NCBI GenBank assembly: GCA_963676395.1
Contig: OY781066.1
Location: forward strand, 1,376,001-1,440,000
Direction of reading: 5' to 3'
DNA length: 64,000 nucleotides
DNA from: a bacterium
GTDB lineage: Bacteria > Fidelibacterota > Fidelibacteria > Fidelibacterales > Fidelibacteraceae
The notes beneath the pieces were generated by a model. That model was given only the letters and a program-made list of their open reading frames with translations. It ran no database searches and was not told where the DNA came from. The position numbers were made by a program, and so were the translations under genes. This document shows positions 10,625 to 20,426 of the stretch, one piece after another (the first letter of the stretch is position 1; each line of letters opens with the position of its first letter).

Positions 10625-11043
10625 ACAAGCTTTGATTTTAAAATCTCAAAAGCAATCTCAACATTCTCCACCTCAATAACCGCATTCTCCATGGGACACA
10701 TGCCGTCACCGCTACGATTGATAATATATGGCACTGTCTCCATGGTATGAAGATCAAGGTTGAGTTTTTTAGCAGAAGAGACGGCGTGCTGGCTTGCGAG
10801 GGGTGTATAAACCTCTTTTGCACCAAGATAGGCCGCCAGCATAAGTGCCGCTTTGCCGATGACTCTGTCAGCAATACTGCAGTCGGTATAAAAATCGCGC
10901 GGATGAACTTCCAAGGCATCAAAAAAGGGCTGAATGCCTTTCTTGAATGATCTAAAAATAATGTCTCCGTCTTTCGCGATCACGAAAACGCAATTATCTT
11001 TTCCCAGGAATGATTTTGCGAGGGTGATGTTGGTATGTCTCAT
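10621..11043 (-). CDS. DUF1893 (TM1506-like) protein
   Basis: ADRVIGKAA and IINRSGDGMCPME motifs; ATG at 11043 preferred. Confidence 0.85.
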   Translation of the reverse strand: MRHTNITLAKSFLGKDNCVFVIAKDGDIIFRSFKKGIQPFFDALEVHPRDFYTDCSIADRVIGKAALMLAAYLGAKEVYTPLASQHAVSSAKKLNLDLHTMETVPYIINRSGDGMCPMENAVIEVENVEIAFEILKSKLV

Positions 11044-11442
11044 AGGAGAAGATAGTGGAAATATTTTAAATGAAAAATAAATAAATGTGACCTGTGTTAC
11101 ACTTTTAGATCGGTAGTGAATATTCAATTTAAAAATTTGTTATCTACGTATTATTTGCTATTATTATGATAATAAAAGAATAAATATTGGGTAAGGGGTT
11201 GAGGCATTCATTTTCGTCATTTGGATCGACGAGATCATTCAATGTATGCTCAATGATGAATTTGAAGAATTTCCTCTTTCTTCACCCAGAAAGATCGGTT
11301 TGTTTGTGGAAATGATGTAGGGTAGAAGAGTGTTAGAGTATTCAATAAAATCAGTACAGATTAAACTTACCCTTTAAGGTATAGCAATTACTATTGGTAT
11401 AGTAAGTTGAAACCTAAAATAGTGAAAGAAAAAGGAGTAATT

Positions 11443-11658
11443 ATGGCTTATTATGTTGGACTAACAGATGATCCAGACGCGAGGAAGCAGCAGCATGGTA
11501 ATCCCAAGGACTGGACAATAACCGGCCCTTTTTCTAGTGAACAAAGTGCTAGGGACTGGGAAAAGGAACAAATTGCTAAAGGTCACAAAGGAGGCCCCGG
11601 AGGAGCGGGATGGCGCTATGGATATTGGTACATCATCACTAGTACCACTATCGAGTAA
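11443..11658 (+). CDS. 71-aa protein with GIY-YIG-like motifs
   Basis: aaggag SD; YVGLTDDPDARKQQH..ARDWE. Confidence 0.7.
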   Translation: MAYYVGLTDDPDARKQQHGNPKDWTITGPFSSEQSARDWEKEQIAKGHKGGPGGAGWRYGYWYIITSTTIE

Positions 11659-12037
11659 AAGAGCGCAGTATACAACTATCAGAAACCTATTTGCAGTAAA
11701 GTATGCTTTCCTGTAAAAGGTTGAGGTGAAGTGTTATATTTTTGGAAGACAAACTTAAATTTAAGAAAGAAAACTTTAAAGTTATGAGTTGAACTCAGGT
11801 CGTTTTTCTAATTATGTGTAACATAATTAGATTTAGACTATTTTCAGTATTTTAAGAAAAAGATTTACAGTAAATATGTATGAAAAACTATAGAACATAT
11901 ATGAATTTTAAAAAATTGGTAATGATCTCGAAATTAAAAGTATTTTAATAATAAGCATAGTAGAGGACTTGAAGAATTTTGAGGATAATCGGAAATTGAT
12001 GGGAAAGAATTTATTAACATGAAAGGCATGAAATTAT

Positions 12038-12550
12038 ATGGGAGTTAGCATAAAAGAAATTCAGGGCCACGAAGAAGCATCAAAAAAACTCGCAAAAGAT
12101 GTTCAGAGAAATAATGTAAAATTTTATGATATTGAATCTTTTAAGAATAAATATAGCTTTATTAATTATCCAGAAGAATATCTTGAAAAATGTGCTAATG
12201 TAACCGTAGCTATATCTGGTTCATATGATGCAAACTGGATGTTAGTTGCTCCATATAGAGTTGATATTGTAAAAGGGACAGATCAGAAAGTATATGATCT
12301 TGACCCTATGATTATAAACCTTGATTCAAATAATGATATTGTATTTCCGACAGCATATATTAGGTATCATGGAGATTTTGGAAACAGAGGAGTTGATATT
12401 AATGGAGTTTAAAATTTAGATCAGAAAACAACTGTTAAAACTCTACGAGAGTCTTTTTGTACAGGTTCTGTTTCATATGATGATGCACCACCGGAAATTA
12501 ATGCTGCATTGCAACATATGGTGAATATTTTTTCATTGAAAGAAAAATAA
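12038..12550 (+). pseudogene. Hypothetical protein interrupted by an in-frame TAA at 12410-12412
   Basis: Same frame continues 45 sense codons to TAA at 12548-12550. Confidence 0.6.
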
Positions 12551-12579
12551 AATAAGCAATAAAATGATGTTATTTAGAT

Positions 12580-13680
12580 ATGGAATATAATACAATTTAT
12601 ACATTGAATTCCCGTGATAACACTAGATTGGAAATCATAAAATCTATTTTTGAATTAAATGATCATCAAATGTTCAATGAAATTAATAATTCTTTTAAAT
12701 TATTTTTAGATGTGCTTTCTTCTAAGAAAATTGATTACAATAATTTAAAGAATACTCTAATTCCCAATCAAAATCGAAATGAAGGAGTATTTGTTTTTGA
12801 TTCCTTAAAAATCGAATCATTATGGTATGGATATAAAATATTTGAACAAATAATCCCAGTATTTGAGAAAAGTAGCAATCATAGTGTTTTGTGTGGTGAT
12901 TATATTAGTAATTATATAAAACAAGAAAGACTTTATCAAGAATTTCAAAAAAGCTTAATACCAATAAGAGCTTACGATTATAGTTATAGTAATCAATTTT
13001 TTATGGTATATGTAAATAATCTTTCAAATCAGATGGTATCATCTTATAGGGAAAAATTATTTAATTATAACCCATATATTGGTTTTATTGATTTAAATTT
13101 TTCCTCATTTATGAAGGCATATCTTTCTACTATACTCTGTAGCTGTTTTATTAAGCATAAAAATATAATAATTATGGGGCATGCAGATGACATTAGTAAT
13201 GATGAAAATATTAATATAACCGGTTATCCATTTGAAGAACATGGATATGTTTGTAAAAGTATACAATCAATGATGTTTGATACTTTTTTATCTTATAAAA
13301 TTGAACGACCGATTTTTGAAAGTAATAGCTCAGATATTTTAATGTCAATTAATGCTATTACTTCAAATGTCTATGAGATTAAGAATTTTAAAATATTAAT
13401 TGAGGATGAAAAACTAAAATATTTATTAAAAGAAAAGGGAAAAAAACTTAAAAAAGCTGGTTTATATAATTGTAGTAAAACAGAACTTGTTAAACAAATT
13501 AAGAATAAGATTGATAGTAATTATATTTACAATTTAAGATGTCTTGAAAACTCCGGCACATTTCTATTTAATATTATTGTTGAAATTAATACTGAAGATA
13601 CTGGAGAAGTTGTAAAGTTAACATTAGCCCTTGAATATATTCCCAAAGAAAAACTTCTTAGATTGATAACTGTATTTTGA
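12580..13680 (+). CDS. Hypothetical protein with DUF6883-like C-terminal region
   Basis: 366 aa; EKLKYLL..K..KAG...RLITVF pattern; family call by recall only. Confidence 0.6.
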   Translation: MEYNTIYTLNSRDNTRLEIIKSIFELNDHQMFNEINNSFKLFLDVLSSKKIDYNNLKNTLIPNQNRNEGVFVFDSLKIESLWYGYKIFEQIIPVFEKSSNHSVLCGDYISNYIKQERLYQEFQKSLIPIRAYDYSYSNQFFMVYVNNLSNQMVSSYREKLFNYNPYIGFIDLNFSSFMKAYLSTILCSCFIKHKNIIIMGHADDISNDENINITGYPFEEHGYVCKSIQSMMFDTFLSYKIERPIFESNSSDILMSINAITSNVYEIKNFKILIEDEKLKYLLKEKGKKLKKAGLYNCSKTELVKQIKNKIDSNYIYNLRCLENSGTFLFNIIVEINTEDTGEVVKLTLALEYIPKEKLLRLITVF

Positions 13681-13750
13681 ATTAGTGTAGTATAAGGCTA
13701 AACCCTCACAGCTCTCTGTGTCCAGTGTAACCCTAATTATTAACCCTCTC

Positions 13751-13800
13751 AGAGATCCTGAATAAACATCAGTCAGCTGACGGATATTTTTCAGGATGAC
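13751..13800. repeat. REP-like palindrome (agagatcctgaa...ttcaggatgac)
   Basis: Arms identical to 9307-9351, different loop. Confidence 0.7.
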
Positions 13801-13952
13801 TATGCCCCGGTGTTTTTCAACATTTCAACACTTTCAACCTTCGCCTCGGGCTACGGTTGACAGGCAACGTTTCAACTTCCGGTCTGAAGCCTAAACCTTG
13901 CTCTTAATAAATAAATCCCTTAACTTTCCTGATTAAATCAGGAAAGGATCCC

Positions 13953-14522
13953 ATGCTCTCATTTCTTACTATACTCGGTATTGCCATTGCTCTGGCCATG
14001 GACGCCTTTGCGGTCTCCATCTGTTACGGTTGCGGCTTAAAGAAATTTTCCGCCAAGGTGATGATCTGGGTGGCGCTGGCTTTCGGCGTCTTTCAGGGCG
14101 TGATGACCTATTTGGGCTGGCTGGGTGGATCGCTGTTCGCAGAAGCCATTCAGGCGGTGGATCATTTTGTAGCTTTCGGCCTGTTGGCCTTTATCGGCGG
14201 GAAAATGATCTATGAAGCGTTTACCGAGCCGGATGAATGCTATGTGGTTGATCCAGGGAAAATGGATGTAAAACGCTTGCTGATCCTGTCCCTGGCGACC
14301 AGTATCGATGCCCTGGCGGTAGGATTGAGCTTTGCTATATTAGAGACCGAGATCCTGATGCCATCGTTGATCATTGCCGCTGTTACACTCATCTTTTCAG
14401 TTGTCGGTGTTGCTGCAGGCCATGGCTTGAAAAAGATACTGGGGCGAAAGGTCGAGATCGTGGGGGGTATTATCCTTATCTTGATCGGACTTAATATTTT
14501 GATCACTCATTTGAGTGCCTAA
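13953..14522 (+). CDS. mntP: Manganese efflux pump MntP
   Basis: ALAMDAFAVS and ATSIDALAVG motifs. Confidence 0.92.
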   Translation: MLSFLTILGIAIALAMDAFAVSICYGCGLKKFSAKVMIWVALAFGVFQGVMTYLGWLGGSLFAEAIQAVDHFVAFGLLAFIGGKMIYEAFTEPDECYVVDPGKMDVKRLLILSLATSIDALAVGLSFAILETEILMPSLIIAAVTLIFSVVGVAAGHGLKKILGRKVEIVGGIILILIGLNILITHLSA

Positions 14523-14533
14523 AGGAGAAACAT

Positions 14534-16507
14534 ATGAAAAAATTTGTACAAGCTGATGATATTTACCAATTGAATTTTGTAGGTTCACCGCAGATGACAC
14601 CCAAAGGGGATAAAGTTATTTATGTGAATAAACGAGCCGATAAAAAAGATCAAACTTATTATTCGAATTTACAGATAATCCATTTAGCCAGTAAGACGGA
14701 TACGGTGTTTACCGCTAGAGGAAAATATGCCGATGCTATGCCGCGAATTAATCCTAATGGTCGTCAATTGATCTTTTTACGTGTTGAGAAGGGAATCCCT
14801 TCATTGCGTTCCATTTCGATGTACGGCGGTGAATCAAAAGAGTTGACCCAATTGCCACAAGGAAATGTATTGGATGCAAAATTTTCACCTGATGGGAAAC
14901 AGATAGCGGTTCTTTTTGCCAAATTAAAAGAAGATATTCCTTTGGAAGATGGCAAACGGAAAGAACCCGTATGTCGTGATACCGAGCGCTTGTTTTATCG
15001 CCTCGACGGTCACGGTTTTATCGATGAAGAACCCGCTCAGATCTATTTGCTCAAAGCCAACGGTGGCAGCATAAAAAAACTCACAGACGCCACTCACGGT
15101 GTTGCACAGTTTGCCTGGTCTCCCGATGGATCAGAGCTTGCCTACTCGACTGTAGATCATGAAGTGCTTGAAATGCACATGGATGAAGAAGATATTTTTG
15201 TTATCAAGCTTGCCGATAAACATGTCTCAAAATTGACTAAGCCGGCCGGCCCCATATCCTTTATAAAATACTCGCCGGATGCTAAAATTTTATACTTTGG
15301 TGGCCATTTTAATCCACACTATTCTTGGGGTGCCGATAATACGGATATTCAGGCTTTGGATCTTGAAAGTGGAGAGATCAAGAATTTGACGGAAAAGCTG
15401 GATCGCACAACCGATATGTTGACCTTGGGTGATATTACGCCATCCTTTGTTCCTCAGTCACCCATCATTAAAGATAACAAAATGTATTTTACTATTTCGC
15501 GTGATGGTGCCAATCCTTTGATGCTGCTTGATCTTGAAAGTGGAGAGGTCGATACCTTGCTTGAAGGTCCCGAATGTGTGGTTACTTATTCAGCCTCCGA
15601 TGATATGGAAAATATTGCTATTCATCTCGCGCAAATGGAACGACCCGATGAAATATGGCATTTAGCATTGGGTGAAGAAAAGAAACTGACGCGTGTATCT
15701 TTTGCTAATGACAAATATGTCGATAAATTAAATTTTAAACTTCCGGAAATCATCAAAGTACCCGTGGATAAAGTGGAGGTTCAAGCTTGGCTTCAATTAC
15801 CACCTGATTTTGATGAAAAGAAAAAATATCCACTGATTCTCAATATTCATGGTGGTCCTCGAACCCAATATGGTTATACATGGTTTCATGAGATGCATAC
15901 ATTTGCATCAAATGGTTTTGTGGTTGTGTATTCCAATCCTCGCGGATCTCAAGGATATGGCAAGAAATTTGCCGATGCCATTACCGGTAAGTGGGGGGAA
16001 CCTGCAATGACCGATTGTATGGCTGTTGTGGATGCCGTTGTGGAAAAGGGATATGTTGATCCGGAAAAACTTTATGTTACCGGTGGCTCTTATGGTGGAT
16101 ATATGACCAACTGGATCGTATCGCAAACCAATAGATTTCGCGCGGCTGTGACACAACGCTCTATTTGCGATTTGGGTACTTTCTTTGGTACCTCTGATAT
16201 TGGCTGGGATCTGGTAGATGAATTTAAAGGTACGCCTTGGGAAAAACCTAAAACCTATGAAAAATGGTCACCGCTTACATATCTCAAGAATATTGATACA
16301 CCGCTGATGATCATTCATTCCGAAAATGATCTTCGATGCCCAATGGAACAAGCTGAACGTCTTTTTGCCCCCCTGAAATACATGGGTAAAGATGTGCGCC
16401 TTATTCGTTTCCCGGAATCTTCACATGGCTTGAGTCGTGGCGGTCGTCCCGACCGAAGGATAAAGCGCCTGGAATTGATGGTGGAATGGTTTAAGAGTAA
16501 GGAATAA
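14534..16507 (+). CDS. S9 family peptidase (acylaminoacyl/dipeptidyl peptidase)
   Basis: Propeller repeats; IHGGP, GGSYGG, NDLRC, SHG. Confidence 0.92.
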   Translation: MKKFVQADDIYQLNFVGSPQMTPKGDKVIYVNKRADKKDQTYYSNLQIIHLASKTDTVFTARGKYADAMPRINPNGRQLIFLRVEKGIPSLRSISMYGGESKELTQLPQGNVLDAKFSPDGKQIAVLFAKLKEDIPLEDGKRKEPVCRDTERLFYRLDGHGFIDEEPAQIYLLKANGGSIKKLTDATHGVAQFAWSPDGSELAYSTVDHEVLEMHMDEEDIFVIKLADKHVSKLTKPAGPISFIKYSPDAKILYFGGHFNPHYSWGADNTDIQALDLESGEIKNLTEKLDRTTDMLTLGDITPSFVPQSPIIKDNKMYFTISRDGANPLMLLDLESGEVDTLLEGPECVVTYSASDDMENIAIHLAQMERPDEIWHLALGEEKKLTRVSFANDKYVDKLNFKLPEIIKVPVDKVEVQAWLQLPPDFDEKKKYPLILNIHGGPRTQYGYTWFHEMHTFASNGFVVVYSNPRGSQGYGKKFADAITGKWGEPAMTDCMAVVDAVVEKGYVDPEKLYVTGGSYGGYMTNWIVSQTNRFRAAVTQRSICDLGTFFGTSDIGWDLVDEFKGTPWEKPKTYEKWSPLTYLKNIDTPLMIIHSENDLRCPMEQAERLFAPLKYMGKDVRLIRFPESSHGLSRGGRPDRRIKRLELMVEWFKSKE

Positions 16508-16576
16508 GTATACGAGCAATTGAGTGGTTAAGTTCGTTACTCTTAAGATAAATGATAATTAAAGAGGAGACGAAAA

Positions 16577-16740
16577 ATGGGAACGAACTACCATAGTTTT
16601 CGTGATTTAATTGTGTTTAAAAATCTTATTCTTTTGGCTCGAAAATTTACAAATTTGTAGAAGATTTCCCGGATTTCGAAAAATTTTCATTAAGCTCACA
16701 AATCAGACGATTATCTCGGTCAATTGCAAAAAATGCTGTG
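16577..16740 (+). pseudogene. Four-helix-bundle (23S rRNA IVP family) gene remnant, frameshifted and truncated
   Basis: gaggag SD; MGTNYHSFRDLIVFK then in a shifted frame KSYSFGSKIYKFVEDFPDFEKFSLSSQIRRLSRSI. Confidence 0.8.
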
Positions 16741-16814
16741 CTCAATGATGACACATCCGGACAAGTTTTGTTACATACACAAATAACTCATACTGCTTAC
16801 TTTCTACTTCTTAC

Positions 16815-17789
16815 TTATTCCGTATCACCCAGCACGATCTGTTCGTTGATGCTTACGGATTTTTCTTTGAGCTCTTTGAGAAGACGTTCCTGCATTTCTT
16901 TAGCGGGATCTTCACCGTAGAGTTTAAGTAGGTAGTTTAGGGCAATGGTTTCAACGATCACGGAAATGTTTTTTCCGGGATTAATGGGGAGCCGGATATG
17001 CGGGATCTTCACGCCAAGGATCTCGATGTATTTTTCATCAAGCCCGAAACGCTCATAGGAATCGCTGGGATCCCAGCGAAGCAATTCTATCATGATCTCC
17101 ACACGTTTTTGCAAACGTACGGCACGAACGCCGAAGGTTTTACGTACATTGACAATGCCAAGACCACGAACCTCGATGGTATCTTGCAATAATTTTGCCG
17201 GTTTACCGATGAGGACATCTTTTTCGGTTTGTTTGATGTTTACCACATCATCAGCAACTAAACGATGACCGCGTTCCACTATATCCAATGCGATCTCACT
17301 TTTACCGATACCACTTTTGCCCGTTAATAAAATACCAATACCATAGAGGTCAACCAAACCACCATGAATATCGGTGCTGGGAGCAAAACGCGAATACAAA
17401 TAAGTACCGGCATCTTGCAGGAATTGCATGATATTGATGTCGGATTTTAATAGTGCAACTTGCTTTTCATTGGCAAGATCAATAATGATAGGGGGAATAT
17501 CGGAAATATCCACAAAGATCACCCCCGGCGTCTTATAGGAAAACATTTTTTTAAAAATACTTTCCATAGCTGCGGGAGATAAGGTTCCGAGAAACTGCAT
17601 TTCTTTTTTTGAGAATACTTGCAGTTTATGGGCCGGGTAATCTGTCCAAAAACCGGTTAATTCCAAGCCCGGAATATTCAGGGCAGACGATATCACCTCG
17701 GCATCGCAACCTACATCTTTATTGATCTGCTCAAGTTGAAGCTTGTCTTTGGTCTCCTCGATCAGATCCCGTATTGTAAATTTCTTCAT
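16815..17789 (-). CDS. hprK: HPr(Ser) kinase/phosphatase
   Basis: GKSGIGKSE, RGHRLVADD, EVRGLGI. Confidence 0.95.
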   Translation of the reverse strand: MKKFTIRDLIEETKDKLQLEQINKDVGCDAEVISSALNIPGLELTGFWTDYPAHKLQVFSKKEMQFLGTLSPAAMESIFKKMFSYKTPGVIFVDISDIPPIIIDLANEKQVALLKSDINIMQFLQDAGTYLYSRFAPSTDIHGGLVDLYGIGILLTGKSGIGKSEIALDIVERGHRLVADDVVNIKQTEKDVLIGKPAKLLQDTIEVRGLGIVNVRKTFGVRAVRLQKRVEIMIELLRWDPSDSYERFGLDEKYIEILGVKIPHIRLPINPGKNISVIVETIALNYLLKLYGEDPAKEMQERLLKELKEKSVSINEQIVLGDTE

Positions 17790-17790
17790 C

Positions 17791-18078
17791 TTAGTTATTG
17801 AAATGTCCTTTATACTTTCTTAATTGCCGTTGCATTTTATCAATGCCGAGATCTACAGATTTGATCAGTTCCTCATCTTTTTCAGTGATAGTTAGTGTTT
17901 TTTGAGGTACATGAGCAACAATCTCGGTTAGGTACTCGAAATTTTTGATCCTTTCTAATACTATATGAACCGATGTAATACGTTCGAAGACTTTAAGCAG
18001 TTTTTTTACTTCGTCCTCCACATATTTACGGGTTTCTTCGGAAATACTAAAGTGTCTGGCTGTGATCAGTATTTTCAT
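17791..18078 (-). CDS. hpf: Ribosome hibernation factor (short HPF/RaiA)
   Basis: MKILITARH..., RQLRKYK; adjacent to hprK. Confidence 0.88.
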   Translation of the reverse strand: MKILITARHFSISEETRKYVEDEVKKLLKVFERITSVHIVLERIKNFEYLTEIVAHVPQKTLTITEKDEELIKSVDLGIDKMQRQLRKYKGHFNN

Positions 18079-18356
18079 AGCTATCTCCTTTATGTTATGT
18101 TGATTACACTCTCATGACTCAATATACGAAAAATATTTTAAATGTGGGGAAATAATTGTTTCAGATTTTTTCTGATTTACGAGTTATGTGCTATGCTTAG
18201 AGGAGAACGATAAGAACTATAAAAGATCAAATATAATTTGATTGCAGATTGTGTTTGAAAGAGCTTCAAGCGTATGGCAGTAGTTTACAGGTCTGATTAT
18301 AGATATCAAAAATACTCCGTTTATCAAGATTAACTGCAAAATGGAATTTATAGCTA

Positions 18357-19313
18357 TTATTTCTTTTCTTTTTTTTCAGCCCTAGGATGAGCTTTTGCAT
18401 AAGCTTCTTTTAATCGTTCCATTTTTACATGAGTATAAATCTGGGTGGTAGAAAGGCTTTCGTGGCCGAGCATCATGCGTACCGATTCAAGGTCGGCGCC
18501 TTCATCAAGGAGATGTGTTGCCATGGTATGGCGCAGGACGTGTGGGGAATTTTTTTTGGCTCCGTCGGAGACTTCTTTGAGATATTTTTCTATGCGTAAG
18601 CGGACGTTACGGACGGAGATTCTTTCACCCCTTGTAGATAAAAAAAGCGGAGAGTGGGGACCGGGTCTTTCAAATTCATCACTGTAATAAGCGAGGTAAA
18701 GATTTAAGGCGTTAATAGCGGCATCACCCAAGGGTAGGAGGCGTTGTTTATTCCCTTTTCCGGTAACAGATACCAAGTTGTTTCTGAATTGAATATGATG
18801 TAGATCCAAATTCACCAGCTCGCTGAGTCGTAAACCGCTGGCATAAAATAATTCTATCATAGCGGCATCGCGTGCCGTGATAAAGTCATGGACTTCAATA
18901 TTTTCGAAGAGCCTTTTTGTTTGGTCTTGAGATAATACTGTCGGTAAGTTTTTAGGCAGTTTCGGTGATTTAATGGCATACGCCGGGTTTTTTTCTATCC
19001 ACCCGCGACGCAGGCAATATTTAAAAAATGACTTAAGTGCCGCAAGTTTTCTGGCGGCTGTTCGAGCCGAATATTTTTTCTCGGTGAGCATGCCCAAAAA
19101 ATGACGCAGAGTGACTTTATCAACCTGCTTAAGTTCAACATCGTCCTGAGCAAAATAATCACGGCAGAATTCATAAAATTGAGAGATATCATCCCGATAT
19201 GCTCTCAATGTGTAAGAAGAATAAGCTCGAACGGAGCTGATATAGGTGATAAATTCGTCTGTAGCGGTAAAAAAGTCCATTAGGTATTGCCTTGATGAGG
19301 GCGATGTGAGCAT
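18357..19313 (-). CDS. xerC: Tyrosine recombinase XerC (start may be 19280)
   Basis: GLRLSEL, GKGNKQR, PHVLRH, LGHESLSTTQIY, AHPRA. Confidence 0.88.
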   Translation of the reverse strand: MLTSPSSRQYLMDFFTATDEFITYISSVRAYSSYTLRAYRDDISQFYEFCRDYFAQDDVELKQVDKVTLRHFLGMLTEKKYSARTAARKLAALKSFFKYCLRRGWIEKNPAYAIKSPKLPKNLPTVLSQDQTKRLFENIEVHDFITARDAAMIELFYASGLRLSELVNLDLHHIQFRNNLVSVTGKGNKQRLLPLGDAAINALNLYLAYYSDEFERPGPHSPLFLSTRGERISVRNVRLRIEKYLKEVSDGAKKNSPHVLRHTMATHLLDEGADLESVRMMLGHESLSTTQIYTHVKMERLKEAYAKAHPRAEKKEKK

Positions 19314-19367
19314 CGTCCCTACATCCTCGAAAATTAAGCATTATTTTCAAAAAATCTTGAATTAAGT

Positions 19368-20426
19368 TCAGGATAATGATGTCCGTTTTAATTCAGGCGT
19401 CTGTTTTCCGGCTTCCGATCCTATGGTTTCTCGCAGATGTTCTACAATGCGATTCATATCTTCCGGAAGTGGCGCAACAACTTTCATAGGATCTCGAGTA
19501 ATTGGATGGTCAAAATGCATTTCACTGCAGTGCAGAGCTTGGCGATCGATCATGTCCATGAGGTTGATCGCGATCTTGCGGTGGCGAGGCGAAAGACCGC
19601 CCAGCTTTTGGGTTTTTCCTCCGTAGAGCTCATCGCCGATGACCGGATGACCAAGGTCGCTGAGGTGAACGCGGATCTGATGTGTTCTGCCGGTAAGAAT
19701 TTGGACACGGACGAGCGAAATGAATTCGAAAGATTCTATTACTTCCCAGCGGCTTTCGGCGTGTTTACCGTAACGTTCGTCACTGTAAGCGGCGTATCGC
19801 TGCCGGTCGTTTTTATGTCTGCCAATATATTTTGTGGTGACACCCTTTGGTTCTTTAAACACACCCCATACCAAAGCAGTATAAAATTTATCTATTTGCC
19901 TATACTCGAATTTCCGTGCCATGCGGTTATGCGCATTATTGTTTTTGGCAGCGATAATGGCACCGGAGGTGTCTTTGTCGAGACGGTGAACAATACCGGG
20001 ACGGTATTCGCCACCGACGTTTGAGAGGGTCGTACAGCGATGTGCCAAAGCGTTGACGAGGGTTCCGGTTCGGTTGCCGACAGCAGGGTGAACCACAAGT
20101 TCGGGTGGTTTATTTACCACGATGAGATCGTCGTCTTCGTAGATTATGCGAAGCGGGATATTTTCGGGCTCGACCTCCAATGGCTCGTAGCGCGGAATGC
20201 GCACAGAGATCATATCGCGAGGCGAGACTTTATAGGATGCTTTGGTGGTAATATTACGGTTAACCCTTACCAGCTCCCTGTCAAGTAATTCTTTCACCTT
20301 GTTTCGGGAGATATCTTTAATACTTTCTGAAATGAAGGTATCAATACGTGTAGGTTTTTGGGCGGCTCTTACCGCGATACAATAGGTATCGAAACCCTCG
20401 GCTTCGGTAAAAAGCTGATCACTCAT
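19368..20426 (-). CDS. rluD: RluD-type 23S rRNA pseudouridine synthase
   Basis: S4 domain; HRLDKDTSG; GRTHQIRVH. Confidence 0.9.
   Translation of the reverse strand: MSDQLFTEAEGFDTYCIAVRAAQKPTRIDTFISESIKDISRNKVKELLDRELVRVNRNITTKASYKVSPRDMISVRIPRYEPLEVEPENIPLRIIYEDDDLIVVNKPPELVVHPAVGNRTGTLVNALAHRCTTLSNVGGEYRPGIVHRLDKDTSGAIIAAKNNNAHNRMARKFEYRQIDKFYTALVWGVFKEPKGVTTKYIGRHKNDRQRYAAYSDERYGKHAESRWEVIESFEFISLVRVQILTGRTHQIRVHLSDLGHPVIGDELYGGKTQKLGGLSPRHRKIAINLMDMIDRQALHCSEMHFDHPITRDPMKVVAPLPEDMNRIVEHLRETIGSEAGKQTPELKRTSLS

Larger units (their letters stand above)
11050..13700. mobile_element. AT-rich islet, probably horizontally acquired; no mobility gene
   Basis: Visible drop in GC versus flanks; only orphan-like ORFs; boundaries approximate. 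Confidence 0.55.

Noticed and set aside
11170..11330. Possible minus-strand gene fragment (FWVKKEEILQ / IIEHTLNDLVDPNDENEC)
   Set aside because: Needs a frameshift, has no start and no recognisable family
18357..19313. Tyrosine recombinase as an integron or phage integrase
   Set aside because: XerC-type C-terminus (AHPRA) in housekeeping xerC-hpf-hprK context; no cassette array or phage genes
19437..20024. 195-aa ORF antisense to rluD, and other short antisense ORFs in the track
   Set aside because: Shadow frames of well-supported genes
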